The position numbers and the translations under genes are program-made. From an uncultured Thermoleophilia bacterium (GTDB lineage Bacteria > Actinomycetota > Thermoleophilia > Gaiellales > Gaiellaceae): a stretch of DNA of 64,000 bases. Numbering within the stretch: position 1 is the stretch's first letter; each line of letters begins with the position of its first letter. The notes beneath the pieces were generated by a model. That model worked only from the letters and a program-made list of their open reading frames with translations. It ran no database searches and had not been told where the DNA came from. The stretch lies in NCBI GenBank assembly GCA_963784765.1, contig CAWASP010000021.1, forward strand, positions 7,645 through 71,644, read 5' to 3'. Shown here piece after piece: positions 8,880-18,611 of this stretch.

Positions 8880-9637
8880 GCGGCGCCGCCCTCGTCGGGG
8901 CCGGCGAGCGCGAGCACACCGGCGCGGACCGGCGCCGCCACGCGGGCGAGCGCCTCCGCCGGAAGCCGCGCGATCACGGCCGCAACGGGCAGGAGCTCGA
9001 CGTCCTCCACGGGAGCGGCCTCGTCGACCGTGAACGGCCCGACCTCGAGCCGGCGCAGCGAGGTGCAGTGGCCGCCGAGCGCGGCGGCGAGCGAGCGCAC
9101 GTACGTGCCAGAGCTCACGCGCACGTCGAGCCGCACTCCTGCGAGGCCGTCGCCCGCCGGGGTCGTGGCGACGACGTCCAGCGCATGGACCGTCGAGCGG
9201 CGGATCGGCATCTCCACCTCGATGCCCTTCCGGGCGAGCCGGTAGGCACGCTCTCCGTCGATCTTGACCGCCGAGGCGGCCGGAATCGGCAGGTCCACCT
9301 CGCCGCGGAGGCGGGCGAGCGCGTCGCCGAGCGCCTCCGCCGAGGGCGGGCCGTGCCGCTCGACGATCGTCCCCTCAGGATCCCCGGTCGCGGTCGTCGC
9401 GGTCAGATCGACGTCGGTGACGTACCGCTTGTCGAGGCCGACGAGGCAAGGGGCGAGCCGCGTCGCGGCACCCGAGAGGAGAACGAGGAGACCCGTCGCG
9501 AAGGGGTCGAGCGTGCCCGCGTGCCCGGTACGCGCGCGCGTCCGCCGCCGCAGCGAGGCGACAACCTGGAACGACGACGGCCCCGCGCGCTTGTCGACCA
9601 GCGCAACGCCGACGGGCGTCAGAGCTCGTGGGACCAT
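8876..9637 (-). CDS. truB: tRNA pseudouridine(55) synthase
   Basis: 253-aa ORF with an ATG start. The catalytic motif GHAGTLDPFATGLLVLL is present. Its stop overlaps the ribF start by 4 nt. Confidence 0.95.
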   Translation of the reverse strand: MVPRALTPVGVALVDKRAGPSSFQVVASLRRRTRARTGHAGTLDPFATGLLVLLSGAATRLAPCLVGLDKRYVTDVDLTATTATGDPEGTIVERHGPPSAEALGDALARLRGEVDLPIPAASAVKIDGERAYRLARKGIEVEMPIRRSTVHALDVVATTPAGDGLAGVRLDVRVSSGTYVRSLAAALGGHCTSLRRLEVGPFTVDEAAPVEDVELLPVAAVIARLPAEALARVAAPVRAGVLALAGPDEGGAA

Positions 9638-9654
9638 CCGCTTCGACCGCGCAT

Positions 9655-10659
9655 CTAGAGGGTCTGGGAAGCGCGCGCGAACTCTTGGTGAATGAAGTCG
9701 ATGATCTCCTCGACCGGGCGCTCGGACGAGAACCCGGCCGCCTGCCGGTGCCCGCCCCCGCCCTCCTTCCGCGCGATCGCCGAGACGTCGACCTCGTCAT
9801 GGCTCGAGCGGAGGGAGATCCGGCGTGTCGGCCCCTCGTCGCGCGGCGGCTCGCGGATGAGCGCGACCATCTCCGACCCCTCGACCGCCCGCAGGTAGTC
9901 GATGATGCCCTCCGAGTACGGCTCGTCCGCTCCGAGCTCGTCGTAATCTGCTCGAAGCAGGTAGGTGACGACGAGCCTCCCGCCCTCGAAGAGCTGCGCG
10001 CGCTCGAGCGCCCGGGCGAGCAGCTTCAGCTTCGCGAACTGCACCCGTTCGTAGACCTGGCGGAAGATGCCGTGCACGTCGGCCCCGGCCTCGACGAGCT
10101 CCGCCGCGAGTCGCAGCGCCTTCGGCGTCGTGTTCGTGTACTGGAACCGGCCGGTGTCCGTGACGAGCGCGACGTAGAGGGCCTCGGCGATGCGCGGCGT
10201 GAGAGCGACCCCGAGCTCGGCGAGCACGTCGCGCACGATCTCGGCCGTCGACGAGGCGTCCGCGACGATCAGGTTGACGTCCCCGAAGCGGGTGTTGTCG
10301 TGGTGGTGATCGACGTCGACGACGAGCCGGAAGCGCGAGCCGAGCTGCTCGTCCGGCCCGATGCGGCGCTCGCTCGCGCAGTCGACGGCGAAGAGCACGC
10401 ACTCGCCGAGGTCGTCGGGGAGCGTGCGCCGCACCTCCGACAGGTCGAGGAACCCGTACTCGGCCGGCAGCGGCGTGTCTCCTGAGATGTACATCTCGGC
10501 ATCCTTGCCGAGCGAGTGCAGCGCCGTCGCCGTCGCGAGCATCGAGCCGAGGGCATCGCCGTCCGGGTTCTCGTGGGTGACCACGAGGAAGCGCTCGTGC
10601 GCTCGAACTGCCTCGGCGACAGCGCTCACCTCAGTCATCGTCGTCGTCGTCTTCGTCAT
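9655..10659 (-). CDS. nrnA: DHH/DHHA1 phosphoesterase (NrnA-type oligoribonuclease / pAp phosphatase)
   Basis: 334-aa ORF with DHH-family motifs (HENPDGDALGS, DVDHH, GGGHRQAAGF). It sits between rbfA and truB. Confidence 0.85.
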   Translation of the reverse strand: MTKTTTTMTEVSAVAEAVRAHERFLVVTHENPDGDALGSMLATATALHSLGKDAEMYISGDTPLPAEYGFLDLSEVRRTLPDDLGECVLFAVDCASERRIGPDEQLGSRFRLVVDVDHHHDNTRFGDVNLIVADASSTAEIVRDVLAELGVALTPRIAEALYVALVTDTGRFQYTNTTPKALRLAAELVEAGADVHGIFRQVYERVQFAKLKLLARALERAQLFEGGRLVVTYLLRADYDELGADEPYSEGIIDYLRAVEGSEMVALIREPPRDEGPTRRISLRSSHDEVDVSAIARKEGGGGHRQAAGFSSERPVEEIIDFIHQEFARASQTL

Positions 10660-11005
10660 CTTCCGGCAGCTCCGCAGCTAGGTCGTCGATCAGCTTCGTC
10701 ATGCGGACGCCTCGCTCGACGGCGTCATCGTAGGCGAATGCGAGGGTCGGCGTGCGCCGGAGGGTCAGCTCCCGGCCGATCTTCGCCTGCAGGACGCCGT
10801 GCGCGGAGGCGAGACCGGCCAGCGTCCGCTGCCGCGCCCGCTCGCTGCCGAGCACGGAAACGAAGACGGTCGCCTCCCGGAGGTCTGCGGTCACCGCCAC
10901 CGCGGTCACGGTGACGAGGCCGATGCGGGGATCCTTCAGCTCGCGCACGCCCTCGGCGACGACCGCGCGAACGGACTCGTTGACGCGGCGCATGCGCTCG
11001 GACAC
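10631..11005 (-). CDS. rbfA: ribosome-binding factor A, with acidic poly-Asp tail
   Basis: RRVNESVRAVVAEGVRELKDPRIGLVTVTAVAVTADLREATVFV is RbfA-like. The start is either GTG 11005 or ATG 10993. The longer track ORF (to 11140) overlaps the DUF503 gene and is rejected. Confidence 0.85.
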   Translation of the reverse strand: MSERMRRVNESVRAVVAEGVRELKDPRIGLVTVTAVAVTADLREATVFVSVLGSERARQRTLAGLASAHGVLQAKIGRELTLRRTPTLAFAYDDAVERGVRMTKLIDDLAAELPEDDEDDDDDD

Positions 11006-11015
11006 GGCGGGCAGC

Positions 11016-11321
11016 CTACTCGTGGTCGTCGGGCGAGACGAGCAGCCGCTCGACGCCGACGACCTCCCAGTCCTGAGCCCTGAGCCAACGCTCGGCTCCG
11101 TCGGCCAGCTCGTCCGCGTCGCGCGCCGAGCGCGCCACACAGGCGACGGTCAGCGACGCGCGCTGCCACAGCTCGTGGTGGTCGACCTCGGCGACGGACG
11201 CGCCGAACCGGTTGCGCAGGTTGTCCTTCGCCGAGCGGACGAACCGGCGCTTGCCCTTCAGTGACGAGACGTCGGGAAAATGGAGCTGGACGCTCAGGAT
11301 CGCGACGTAGCCGGCGCCCAA
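11016..11321 (-). CDS. DUF503 family protein (YlxP-like)
   Basis: 101-aa ORF with a TTG start. The sequence ILSVQLHFPDVSSLKGKRRFVRSAKDNLRNRF and the position between infB and rbfA are characteristic. Confidence 0.8.
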   Translation of the reverse strand: MGAGYVAILSVQLHFPDVSSLKGKRRFVRSAKDNLRNRFGASVAEVDHHELWQRASLTVACVARSARDADELADGAERWLRAQDWEVVGVERLLVSPDDHE

Positions 11322-11325
11322 GCCT

Positions 11326-13287
11326 CTACGAGTCGCCGCCGGACGGCTCGGCGAGCGATGTCCGCTCGACTTCGCGCGTCTCGTACACCTCGAAGACGTC
11401 GCCCTCGCGCAGGTCGTTGAAGCCGTCGAGGAGGATGCCGCACTCGAACCCCTCGGTGACCTCGCGCACGTCGTCCTTGAACCGCCGCAGCTGGGCGACC
11501 GTGGTCTCGTGGAGGCGGGTTCCGTCGCGGAAGATGCGGACGTTCGCGCCGCGCCTGACGACCCCGCTCGTGACCATGCATCCCGCGATCGTGCCGAGAC
11601 GGGACACCTTGAACAGCGCGCGCACCTCGACCTCGCCGAGGATCGCCTCGGTCTCGACCGGGCTGAGCATGCCGACGAGCGCCTGCTCGATGTCCTCCGT
11701 GAGCTGGTAGATGACCCGGTAGAGGCGAATCTCGATCCCCTGCCGGTCGGCGACCGTCCGCACCTCCGCGGACGGGCGGACGTTGAAGCCGATCACCATC
11801 GCGTTCGACGCAGCGGCGAGGTTCACGTCGTTCTCGGTGATCCCGCCGACCCCGGTGTGGATGACGTTCACCCGCACCTCGGCGTGCTGGATCTTCCCGA
11901 GCTCCGAGACGATTGCCTCGACCGAGCCCTGGACGTCGCCCTTGAGGACGATGTTGAGGTCCTGGGTCGCGCCGCTCTGCAGCTGCTCGAACAGCGTCTC
12001 GAGCGAGACGCCGCCGGACCGCTGCTTCGCCATCGCCTCGCGGCGGAGGCGCTCGGCGCGCTGCTGGGCAAGCTCGCGGGCACGCCGCTCGTTGTCGACG
12101 ACGCGCGCAAGCTCGCCGGCGGGCGGCGGACGGTCGAACCCGAGTATCTCGACGGGCTCGCCGGGGCGGGCCTCCTGGATGCGCTCGCCGCGGTAGTCGT
12201 AGAGCGCGCGCACGCGCCCCCAGGCGTCGCCGGCGACGATCGCGTCACCGACCTTGAGGGTGCCGCGGTGGACGAGCATCGTCGCGACCGGGCCGCGCCC
12301 GACGTCGAGGCGCGACTCGATGATCGGCCCCGACCCGGGTGCCGCCGGGTTGGCGCGCAGGTCGAGCTCCGCGTCGGCGACGAGCAGGATGCGCTCGAGC
12401 AGGTCGTCGAGGTTCTCGCCCTGCTTCGCCGAGACGCGCGCGATTTGCACCTCGCCGCCCCACTCCTCGGGCTGGAGGCCCTCCGTCGCGAGCTCGCTGA
12501 GCACCCGGTCGGGATTCGCGTCGGGCAGATCGATCTTGTTGACGGCGACGACGATCGGGACCTCGGCGGCGCGCGCGTGGGAGATCGACTCCTTCGTCTG
12601 CGGCATGACGCCGTCGTCGGCGGCGACGACGAGCACGGCGATGTCGGTCACCTTGGCACCGCGCGCCCGCATGGCGGTGAACGCCTCGTGGCCCGGCGTG
12701 TCGAGGAACGTGATCTTCCGGCCGTCGACGTCCGCCTGGTAGGCGCCGATGTGCTGCGTGATCCCACCCGCCTCGGTCGTGACGACCGAGGTCTCGCGGA
12801 TCGCGTCGAGCAGGGTCGTCTTGCCGTGGTCGACGTGGCCCATGATCGTGACGACGGGCGGGCGCGGCCGCAGCGACTCCTCCGGGTCCTCGAACGTCTC
12901 GGGCGCGGGCTCGTCGTCGTCGGCGTGCTTGATCGTCACCTCGCGGCCGAGCTCGGCCGCGATCAGCTCGACCTCGTCGTCGGTCAGGGACTGGGTGGCC
13001 GTCTTCATCGTCCCGAGCCCCATCAGCAGCTTGATGATCTGGGGCATCGCGACGCCGAGCGCCTGCGAGAAGTCGCGCAGCGTGACACCCGACTCCACGG
13101 TGGCGGGCCCGGTGGGCGGCGCGACCTCGCGCGGCTGGCGCGGGGCGCGCTCGGCCTGACGGTCGCCCGGGCGTTGCCGCTGGCCCTGTCCGGGCCGCCC
13201 GCCGCCCTGATCGATCACGACGCGGCGGCGCCCCTTGGGGCCCCCGCCACGCGGCCTGATCGGTCTGTTCGGCTTACCGTTTGCCAT
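11326..13287 (-). CDS. infB: translation initiation factor IF-2
   Basis: 653 codons from ATG 13287 ([19 protein letters not shown]...). G-domain motifs are [17 protein letters not shown] and NKID. The upstream part of track ORF 11326..14241 is junk antisense to nusA. Confidence 0.97.
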   Translation of the reverse strand: MANGKPNRPIRPRGGGPKGRRRVVIDQGGGRPGQGQRQRPGDRQAERAPRQPREVAPPTGPATVESGVTLRDFSQALGVAMPQIIKLLMGLGTMKTATQSLTDDEVELIAAELGREVTIKHADDDEPAPETFEDPEESLRPRPPVVTIMGHVDHGKTTLLDAIRETSVVTTEAGGITQHIGAYQADVDGRKITFLDTPGHEAFTAMRARGAKVTDIAVLVVAADDGVMPQTKESISHARAAEVPIVVAVNKIDLPDANPDRVLSELATEGLQPEEWGGEVQIARVSAKQGENLDDLLERILLVADAELDLRANPAAPGSGPIIESRLDVGRGPVATMLVHRGTLKVGDAIVAGDAWGRVRALYDYRGERIQEARPGEPVEILGFDRPPPAGELARVVDNERRARELAQQRAERLRREAMAKQRSGGVSLETLFEQLQSGATQDLNIVLKGDVQGSVEAIVSELGKIQHAEVRVNVIHTGVGGITENDVNLAAASNAMVIGFNVRPSAEVRTVADRQGIEIRLYRVIYQLTEDIEQALVGMLSPVETEAILGEVEVRALFKVSRLGTIAGCMVTSGVVRRGANVRIFRDGTRLHETTVAQLRRFKDDVREVTEGFECGILLDGFNDLREGDVFEVYETREVERTSLAEPSGGDS

Positions 13288-13534
13288 GCGAGGCTCCAGT
13301 GTAGAGGCGTGAGAGACCCTGGTCGACGCTGACGGTGCGACGGAGGACGCGGTTGAAGCCCCGCCTCGCCGCCGCCCGCTCGAAGCACTGCAGGCGCCGA
13401 CACGTGTAGACGCCGCGGCCCGGCCCGGCGCCCGGGACGAGCACCCCGGCCTCCGCATGGAAGCGCTGGAGCTCGTCCTGCGGCGCCTTACGGCCGCAGC
13501 CCGCGCAGGTCCTCTCGACGCTACTCGTCCCCAA
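13274..13534 (-). CDS. ylxR: YlxR/RnpM family (DUF448) RNA-binding protein
   Basis: 86-aa ORF with a TTG start. The motif RTCAGCGRKAPQDELQRF...GRGVYTC is present. It sits between nusA and infB. Confidence 0.85.
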   Translation of the reverse strand: MGTSSVERTCAGCGRKAPQDELQRFHAEAGVLVPGAGPGRGVYTCRRLQCFERAAARRGFNRVLRRTVSVDQGLSRLYTGASHGKR

Positions 13535-15056
13535 CCGCCTCCTCGACCACCGGGATGCCGCCGCGCGGGTCGTCCTCGACGTGGCGGTGCGCAGCGTGCG
13601 CTGCGCCGGTGTCGAGCGTCTGGCTCTCGCCCGGCGCGGGCGCGTCGCCCGGGCCTGCAGGGAACTCCTCCGGCTCGGGACTGCCGAACTCGGCGGCGTC
13701 CTCGGTCACGGCCTCCGGCTCGGCGGTGTCGGAGAGCGCCTCGAGCTCCGGCTCGGCCTCCTCGACGATCGCATTCGCCTCGTCGTCCGGCTCGCGGAGG
13801 GCGAGCTCCTGGTGTGCGGGCACGCCGCAGTACTTCGACCCGGGCAGCGAGGCGTTCGGGCAGCGCTTGCCGTTGGAGAGGATCGCGGCGCACCGGCCGG
13901 AGAAGTCCTCGCCCTCCTCGCCCTCGCCGCCGAACGCGGCGTCGGCTTCCTGCTGCGCGAACTCCGTGTCGGAGACGATGTCGACCTTCCAGCCGGTCAG
14001 CCGCGCGGCGAGGCGGGCGTTCATCCCCTCCTTGCCGATGGCGAGCGCGAGCTGGTCGTCCGGGACGACGACGGTCGCCTCGCGCCCGTCGTCGTCGAGG
14101 TACACCTCGCGGACGCGGGCCGGCGAGAGGGCCTTCGCGACGAAGCGGGCCGGCTCGTTGTTCCAGGGGATGATGTCGATCTTCTCCCCGCGCAGCTCGG
14201 ACACGACCATCCGCACACGCGAGCCCCGCGGGCCGACGCACGCGCCGACCGGGTCGACGCCCTGCGTGTGCGACTCGACGGCGATCTTCGACCGGTAGCC
14301 CGGCTCACGGGCGACACCGCGGATCTCGACGAGCCCGTCGGCGATCTCCGGCACCTCGAGCTCGAACAGCGTCTTGATCAGCTCGGGGTCGCGGCGCGAC
14401 AGGATCACCTGCGGGCCCTTGGTCCCGGTCTTCACCTCGCGAATGACGGCCTTGATCCGCGAGCCCTGCTCGTAGCGCTCACCGTCGACCTGTTCGTTGC
14501 CGGGCAGCAGCGCCTCGACCTTCCCCAGGTCGACGAGGATGTTCCGGCGGTCGCCGGTCTGCTGGACGATGCCCGTGACGACCTCGCCGACGCGGTCGAT
14601 GTACTCGTCGTACATCATCTCGCGCTCGGCCTCGCGGATGCGCTGCAGGATCACCTGCTTGGCCGTCTGCGCGGCGATGCGCCCGAAGTTCTCCGGGGTG
14701 ACGTCCTCGCGGCTGATCTGCTCGTCCGGCACCTCCGACCAGTCGAGCTCGAGATCGTCGTCGGAGAGAAGCGTGTGGTTCTTCTCTCCGGTCTCCTCCT
14801 CGACCCGCTCGAGCTCGTCGAGCGCGCGCTCGCGCGCTTCGTCGAGCAGCCGCTCCTCGAGATCCGCGGGCAGCTCGATCGCAAAGACGCGGAAGTCGCC
14901 GTGATCGTCGAGCTCGACGGTCGCATGCCGCGACGCGCCCGGAGTCTTCTTGTAGGCGGCCAGCAGCGCATCCTCGAGCGCTGCGATCAGCGTCCCGCTC
15001 TCGATTCCCTTCTCGCGTTCGATCTCGCGAACGGCGTCAACGATCTCCTGGCTCAT
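13521..15056 (-). CDS. nusA: transcription termination/antitermination factor NusA with a long atypical C-terminal extension
   Basis: 511-aa ORF with an ATG start. It has the N-terminal domain, S1, KH1 and KH2 (GACVGPRGSRV, AIGKEGMNARLA). About 145 extra C-terminal residues follow. Confidence 0.95.
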   Translation of the reverse strand: MSQEIVDAVREIEREKGIESGTLIAALEDALLAAYKKTPGASRHATVELDDHGDFRVFAIELPADLEERLLDEARERALDELERVEEETGEKNHTLLSDDDLELDWSEVPDEQISREDVTPENFGRIAAQTAKQVILQRIREAEREMMYDEYIDRVGEVVTGIVQQTGDRRNILVDLGKVEALLPGNEQVDGERYEQGSRIKAVIREVKTGTKGPQVILSRRDPELIKTLFELEVPEIADGLVEIRGVAREPGYRSKIAVESHTQGVDPVGACVGPRGSRVRMVVSELRGEKIDIIPWNNEPARFVAKALSPARVREVYLDDDGREATVVVPDDQLALAIGKEGMNARLAARLTGWKVDIVSDTEFAQQEADAAFGGEGEEGEDFSGRCAAILSNGKRCPNASLPGSKYCGVPAHQELALREPDDEANAIVEEAEPELEALSDTAEPEAVTEDAAEFGSPEPEEFPAGPGDAPAPGESQTLDTGAAHAAHRHVEDDPRGGIPVVEEAVGDE

Positions 15057-15490
15057 CGCTTGGTCCCTTCATCGATCAGGTTGGCCCGCACGATCGCGTC
15101 GTACGGTATGTCTGCCGGCCCGGACCCGTTCTCGATCCTCACCGACCGCTCTCCGGCTGCGAGCACCTCGCCACGGATGCGCCCACCGGCCGTCTTCACA
15201 CGAACCTTCCGCCCGAGCGCCCGTTCGAAGTGCGCGCGCGTGCGCAGGGGCCGCTCGAACCCCGGAGACGAGACCTCGACGGTGTACTCGTCGAGGTACG
15301 ACCGGAGCACACCGGTCACTCGCTCGCAGAGGGCATGGTCGACCCCTTCCGGGTGGTCGACGTAGACGCAGAAGCGCTCCTTGCCGGTCAGCTCGAGGGC
15401 GAGCACCTCCACGCCGGGCAGGGCGGACTCGACCGTCGACGCGACGTCGCGCTGGAGTCGCCGTTCCTTGTCGTGCTGTGCTGTGACCAC
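15053..15490 (-). CDS. rimP: ribosome maturation factor RimP
   Basis: 145-aa ORF with a GTG start. The motif EVSSPGFERPLR is present. ATGA overlap with the nusA start. Confidence 0.9.
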   Translation of the reverse strand: MVTAQHDKERRLQRDVASTVESALPGVEVLALELTGKERFCVYVDHPEGVDHALCERVTGVLRSYLDEYTVEVSSPGFERPLRTRAHFERALGRKVRVKTAGGRIRGEVLAAGERSVRIENGSGPADIPYDAIVRANLIDEGTKR

Positions 15491-15507
15491 GGTGCGAGAA
15501 CACCCCC

Positions 15508-15534
15508 AAGACGAGAAATGGGCGCCGCGCGCCC
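15508..15534 (-). terminator. candidate intrinsic terminator downstream of dtd
   Basis: On the minus strand GGGCGC-GCG-GCGCCC (15520-15534) is followed by a U-rich tract AUUUCUCGUCUU. It lies in the 112-bp dtd / rimP gap. Confidence 0.35.
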
Positions 15535-15602
15535 ACCTCGATCAAACCGAAATGTGGTGTCCGGAACGGTAGCAGACCCCGGCCGTTTCCAGCGTGATCG
15601 CG

Positions 15603-16028
15603 CTAGCCGTCGAGCACGATCGTGACCGGGCCGTCGTTCAGGAGCTCGACCTCCATTCTCGCCCCGAACACGCCCGTCTCGACGCCGACTCCGAGCGCCC
15701 GGAGCTCATCGCAGAATCGCGTGTAGACGGGCTCGGCGGCCTCGGGTCGGGCGGCACCCGAGAAGCTCGGCCGGTTTCCCTTCGCGGTGTCCGCGATCAA
15801 CGTGAACTGGCTGACGACGAGCGCCTCCCCACCCGTGTCGAGCAGCGAGCGGTCGAACTTCCCTTCCTCGTTCGCGAAGACCCGCAGCCGCGCGGCCCTG
15901 CCGGCGAGCCGGGCGGCCCCGTCGGCGTCGTCGTCGACGGCGACGCCGAGGAGGATGCACAGCCCGGTGCCGATCGATCCGCCCGGGCGGGCGGCGGCGC
16001 GCGCGACGCGCTGCACGACCGCCCTCAC
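15603..16028 (-). CDS. dtd: D-aminoacyl-tRNA deacylase
   Basis: 141-aa ORF with a GTG start. MRAVVQRV...SQFTL...GNRPSF motifs are present. Confidence 0.95.
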   Translation of the reverse strand: MRAVVQRVARAAARPGGSIGTGLCILLGVAVDDDADGAARLAGRAARLRVFANEEGKFDRSLLDTGGEALVVSQFTLIADTAKGNRPSFSGAARPEAAEPVYTRFCDELRALGVGVETGVFGARMEVELLNDGPVTIVLDG

Positions 16029-16393
16029 TCGCCGTCGTCGAGGTCGAGGTCGAGGATGCGCGACGAGTACCGCTGCATGCCCGGCTTCATCGAGCTCGCG
16101 AGCTTGTAGTGGCCGTTCGCCTCGGCCGTGCGGCCCTGACGCTCGAGCGCGCGACCGAGCGCGTAATGGGCATAGTCGTCGGTCGGCGCGATGTCCTCGA
16201 CGATCGTGCGGAACTCCTCCTCCGCCTCCTTCCAGCGCGCAAGCCGGAAGTAGGCGATACCGAGCGCCTCGTGGATCGACGCCTTGCCGGGCTCGAGACG
16301 CTTGGCCTTCTCGAGCGGGACGGTCGCCTGCGCGGTCATCCCCTTGCGAAGCCGCTGCTGGCCTTCGCGGAAGAAGGTGTACGCGTCGCTCAT
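16025..16393 (-). CDS. tetratricopeptide-repeat protein
   Basis: Start placed at ATG 16393 ([13 protein letters not shown]...). TPR-like repeats are present ([39 protein letters not shown]). Its stop overlaps the dtd start by 4 nt. Confidence 0.7.
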   Translation of the reverse strand: MSDAYTFFREGQQRLRKGMTAQATVPLEKAKRLEPGKASIHEALGIAYFRLARWKEAEEEFRTIVEDIAPTDDYAHYALGRALERQGRTAEANGHYKLASSMKPGMQRYSSRILDLDLDDGE

Positions 16394-16546
16394 CGGCCAG
16401 CCTTCGGTTGGCCGATGACCCTTCCGCTCCAGCGCCGGCAAAGCCGGCGCCTCTGCTCCTTCATGAGCTCCGTCGAGCCTACGCTCATCCCCTTCCCAGG
16501 ATGGCAGATGGAGGCGAGGCGGGAGCAGGCGCGTTCCGAGGGCGTC

Positions 16547-17716
16547 TCAGCCGAGAAGGAGCTCGACTTCGTCGAGCACCGCAGCCGCGATGCGTGGCTT
16601 CGGAGCACGCGGCACCGTCCGTTCGCCGGCGCGCGTCACGAGCACGACCTCGTTGTCCTCGGCGTCGAAGCCGATGTCGGATTGCCCGACGTCGTTGTAG
16701 ACGACGAGGTCTGCGTTCTTCGACTCGAGCATCGCCCGCTTGCGCACCAGGCCGTCCTCGCCGTGCTCCGCGCCGAAGGCGACGAGCACCTGGCCGGCGC
16801 GTTTGCGCTCGCCGAGCGCGCGCGCGATGTCCTCGGTGGCCTCGAGCTCGACCGTCCAGCCTGCGTCGTCCTTCGCCCGCTTCACGGGCAACGCGGCGGC
16901 GGGGCGGTAGTCCGCGACGGCGGCGGCGAGAAGCAGCACGTCGACGTCCGCGACGGCGAGCGCGGCGTCGAGCATCTCGGACGCCGTCGGGGTGGCGACC
17001 GTCTCGACGCCCCCGGGGGCCGGCACGGCGAGGTTGGCTGCGAGGAGGACCACCTCCGCGCCGCGGCGCCGGGCCTCCTCGGCCAGCGCGACCCCCATAC
17101 GCCCCGACGAACGGTTGCCCAGGAAGCGGACGCTGTCGAGCGGCTCGCGGGTGCCGCCGGCCGTGACCAGGACGCGGCGGCCCGCCAGCGTCGGCGGAGC
17201 CAGGAGCTGCAGCGCACGGGAGGCGATCTGCTCCGGGTCGGCCAGCCGCCCGACCCCCCACTCGCCCTCGGCCGTCTCGCCCTCGTCCGGCCCGACGAGC
17301 TCGACGCCGCGCGCGCGGAGCGTCTCCACGTTTGCGCGTGTCGCGGCGTTTCCCCACATGCGCGGGTTCATGGCCGGCGCGACGAGCACGGGCCCGCGAT
17401 GCGCGAGCGCCGCCTCGGTCAGCACGTTGTCGGCGATGCCGTGCGCGAGCTTCGCGAGCGTGTTCGCGGTGCAGGGTGCGACGACGAGCAGGTCGGCGCG
17501 CGTCAGGTGCGGATAGAGATCCTCGTGCGCAGGCCTGCGGGCAAGCGCGAGGAAGGTCTCCTCGCTGACGAAGCGTCGTGCGCCCGCCGTGACGAGAGGC
17601 ACGACGTCGTGACCCGCCTTCACAAACGCGCGCACGAGCTCGCACGCCTTGTAGGCGGCGATGCCTCCACTCACTCCGACGAGGATCCGGCTCACGCGGA
17701 AAGTGTGCCTGCGCAC
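16547..17716 (-). CDS. coaBC: bifunctional phosphopantothenoylcysteine decarboxylase / phosphopantothenate-cysteine ligase
   Basis: 389-aa ORF. The flavoprotein N-terminus ILVGVSGGIAAYKACELVR and the CoaB half (TAGGTREPLDSVRFLGNRSSGRMG) are present. The start is GTG 17716 or GTG 17695. Confidence 0.93.
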   Translation of the reverse strand: MRRHTFRVSRILVGVSGGIAAYKACELVRAFVKAGHDVVPLVTAGARRFVSEETFLALARRPAHEDLYPHLTRADLLVVAPCTANTLAKLAHGIADNVLTEAALAHRGPVLVAPAMNPRMWGNAATRANVETLRARGVELVGPDEGETAEGEWGVGRLADPEQIASRALQLLAPPTLAGRRVLVTAGGTREPLDSVRFLGNRSSGRMGVALAEEARRRGAEVVLLAANLAVPAPGGVETVATPTASEMLDAALAVADVDVLLLAAAVADYRPAAALPVKRAKDDAGWTVELEATEDIARALGERKRAGQVLVAFGAEHGEDGLVRKRAMLESKNADLVVYNDVGQSDIGFDAEDNEVVLVTRAGERTVPRAPKPRIAAAVLDEVELLLG

Positions 17717-17735
17717 TCCCCGAACCGAAACTCGT

Positions 17736-17764
17736 GGACCTGGTTCGCGGCGCGAACCAGGTCC
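17736..17764 (-). terminator. perfect 13-bp hairpin immediately after the rpoZ stop (attenuator/terminator candidate)
   Basis: GGACCTGGTTCGC-GGC-GCGAACCAGGTCC lies 2 nt downstream of the rpoZ stop and upstream of coaBC. It shares its core with the hairpin at 56129-56163. Confidence 0.45.
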
Positions 17765-17766
17765 GG

Positions 17767-18009
17767 CTACTTCTTCGAGGTCGAGAAGTACTCGTACCCG
17801 ATCTTGCCCTCGGAGATCTCCTCGAGGGACATGGTCAGGTAGTTCTTGGAGCGAGACTCGATCAGCGGCGGCGCGAACTCGTCGAACGTGCCTTCGCCGA
17901 GCTGATGGTGGTAGTTGTTGATCTGACGGGCCCGCTTGGCGGCGACGATGACGAGCGCATAGCGCGAGTCGACCTGGCTCATCAGCTCATCGATACGAGG
18001 ATGGATCAT
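17767..18009 (-). CDS. rpoZ: DNA-directed RNA polymerase subunit omega
   Basis: 80-aa ORF. The sequence SRYALVIVAAKRARQIN is present. The gmk-rpoZ linkage is as expected. Confidence 0.93.
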   Translation of the reverse strand: MIHPRIDELMSQVDSRYALVIVAAKRARQINNYHHQLGEGTFDEFAPPLIESRSKNYLTMSLEEISEGKIGYEYFSTSKK

Positions 18010-18611
18010 CGTCGCGCCATGGTAGCGGCGCCGTTCAGCTCGCGGGCGACAATCGCAGCGAGCTCGTCTGCGGCGCGCTCGCGGTCGTCGTTCCGGACGA
18101 CCTCGTCGAACTCGTCGGCCTCGTCGAGCTGCCGGCGGGCCGTCTCGATTCGCTCGCCGATCTCGCCCGAGCTCTCGGTGGCGCGCTCGCGCAGGCGGCG
18201 CTCGAGCTCGTTCACGGGGGCCGTCACGAAGATCGTGACCGCCCCCGGCACGCGCCGCTTCACGCGCTTCGCCCCTTCCGTCTCCAGCTCGAGCAGCGGG
18301 GCTCGGCCGTCCGCACGAAGCCGGTCGATCTCGGAGCGCAGGGTGCCGTAGCAGTTTCCAACGTAGTCGACGTACTCGAGGAACTCTCCCGCAGCGATGC
18401 GTGCGTGGAACTCGTCCCGGGACAGGAACCAGTAGTGAACGCCGTTCTCCTCGCCGGGCCGCTGTTCGCGGGTCGTCGCCGAGACGGCGAGTGCGAGCTC
18501 CGGGAACCGCGGCAGCACGAGCTGGATGAGCGTGCCCTTGCCGGCCCCGGACGGCCCGGTGACCACGAAGACCGGCCTGGCCGGGCTACGAGCGATGGTT
18601 GAAGAGGGCAA
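18006..18611 (-). CDS. gmk: guanylate kinase
   Basis: 201-aa ORF with a TTG start. P-loop GPSGAGKGT and SATTREQRPGEENGVHYWF are present. Confidence 0.93.
   Translation of the reverse strand: MPSSTIARSPARPVFVVTGPSGAGKGTLIQLVLPRFPELALAVSATTREQRPGEENGVHYWFLSRDEFHARIAAGEFLEYVDYVGNCYGTLRSEIDRLRADGRAPLLELETEGAKRVKRRVPGAVTIFVTAPVNELERRLRERATESSGEIGERIETARRQLDEADEFDEVVRNDDRERAADELAAIVARELNGAATMARR

Noticed and set aside
16432-16450. Hairpin GCGCCGGC-AAA-GCCGGCGC downstream of coaBC as a terminator.
   Set aside because: It is a perfect 8-bp stem, but no U-tract follows on the relevant strand. It lies within the extended (rejected) N-terminal part of the TPR ORF. The evidence is insufficient to list it as a feature.
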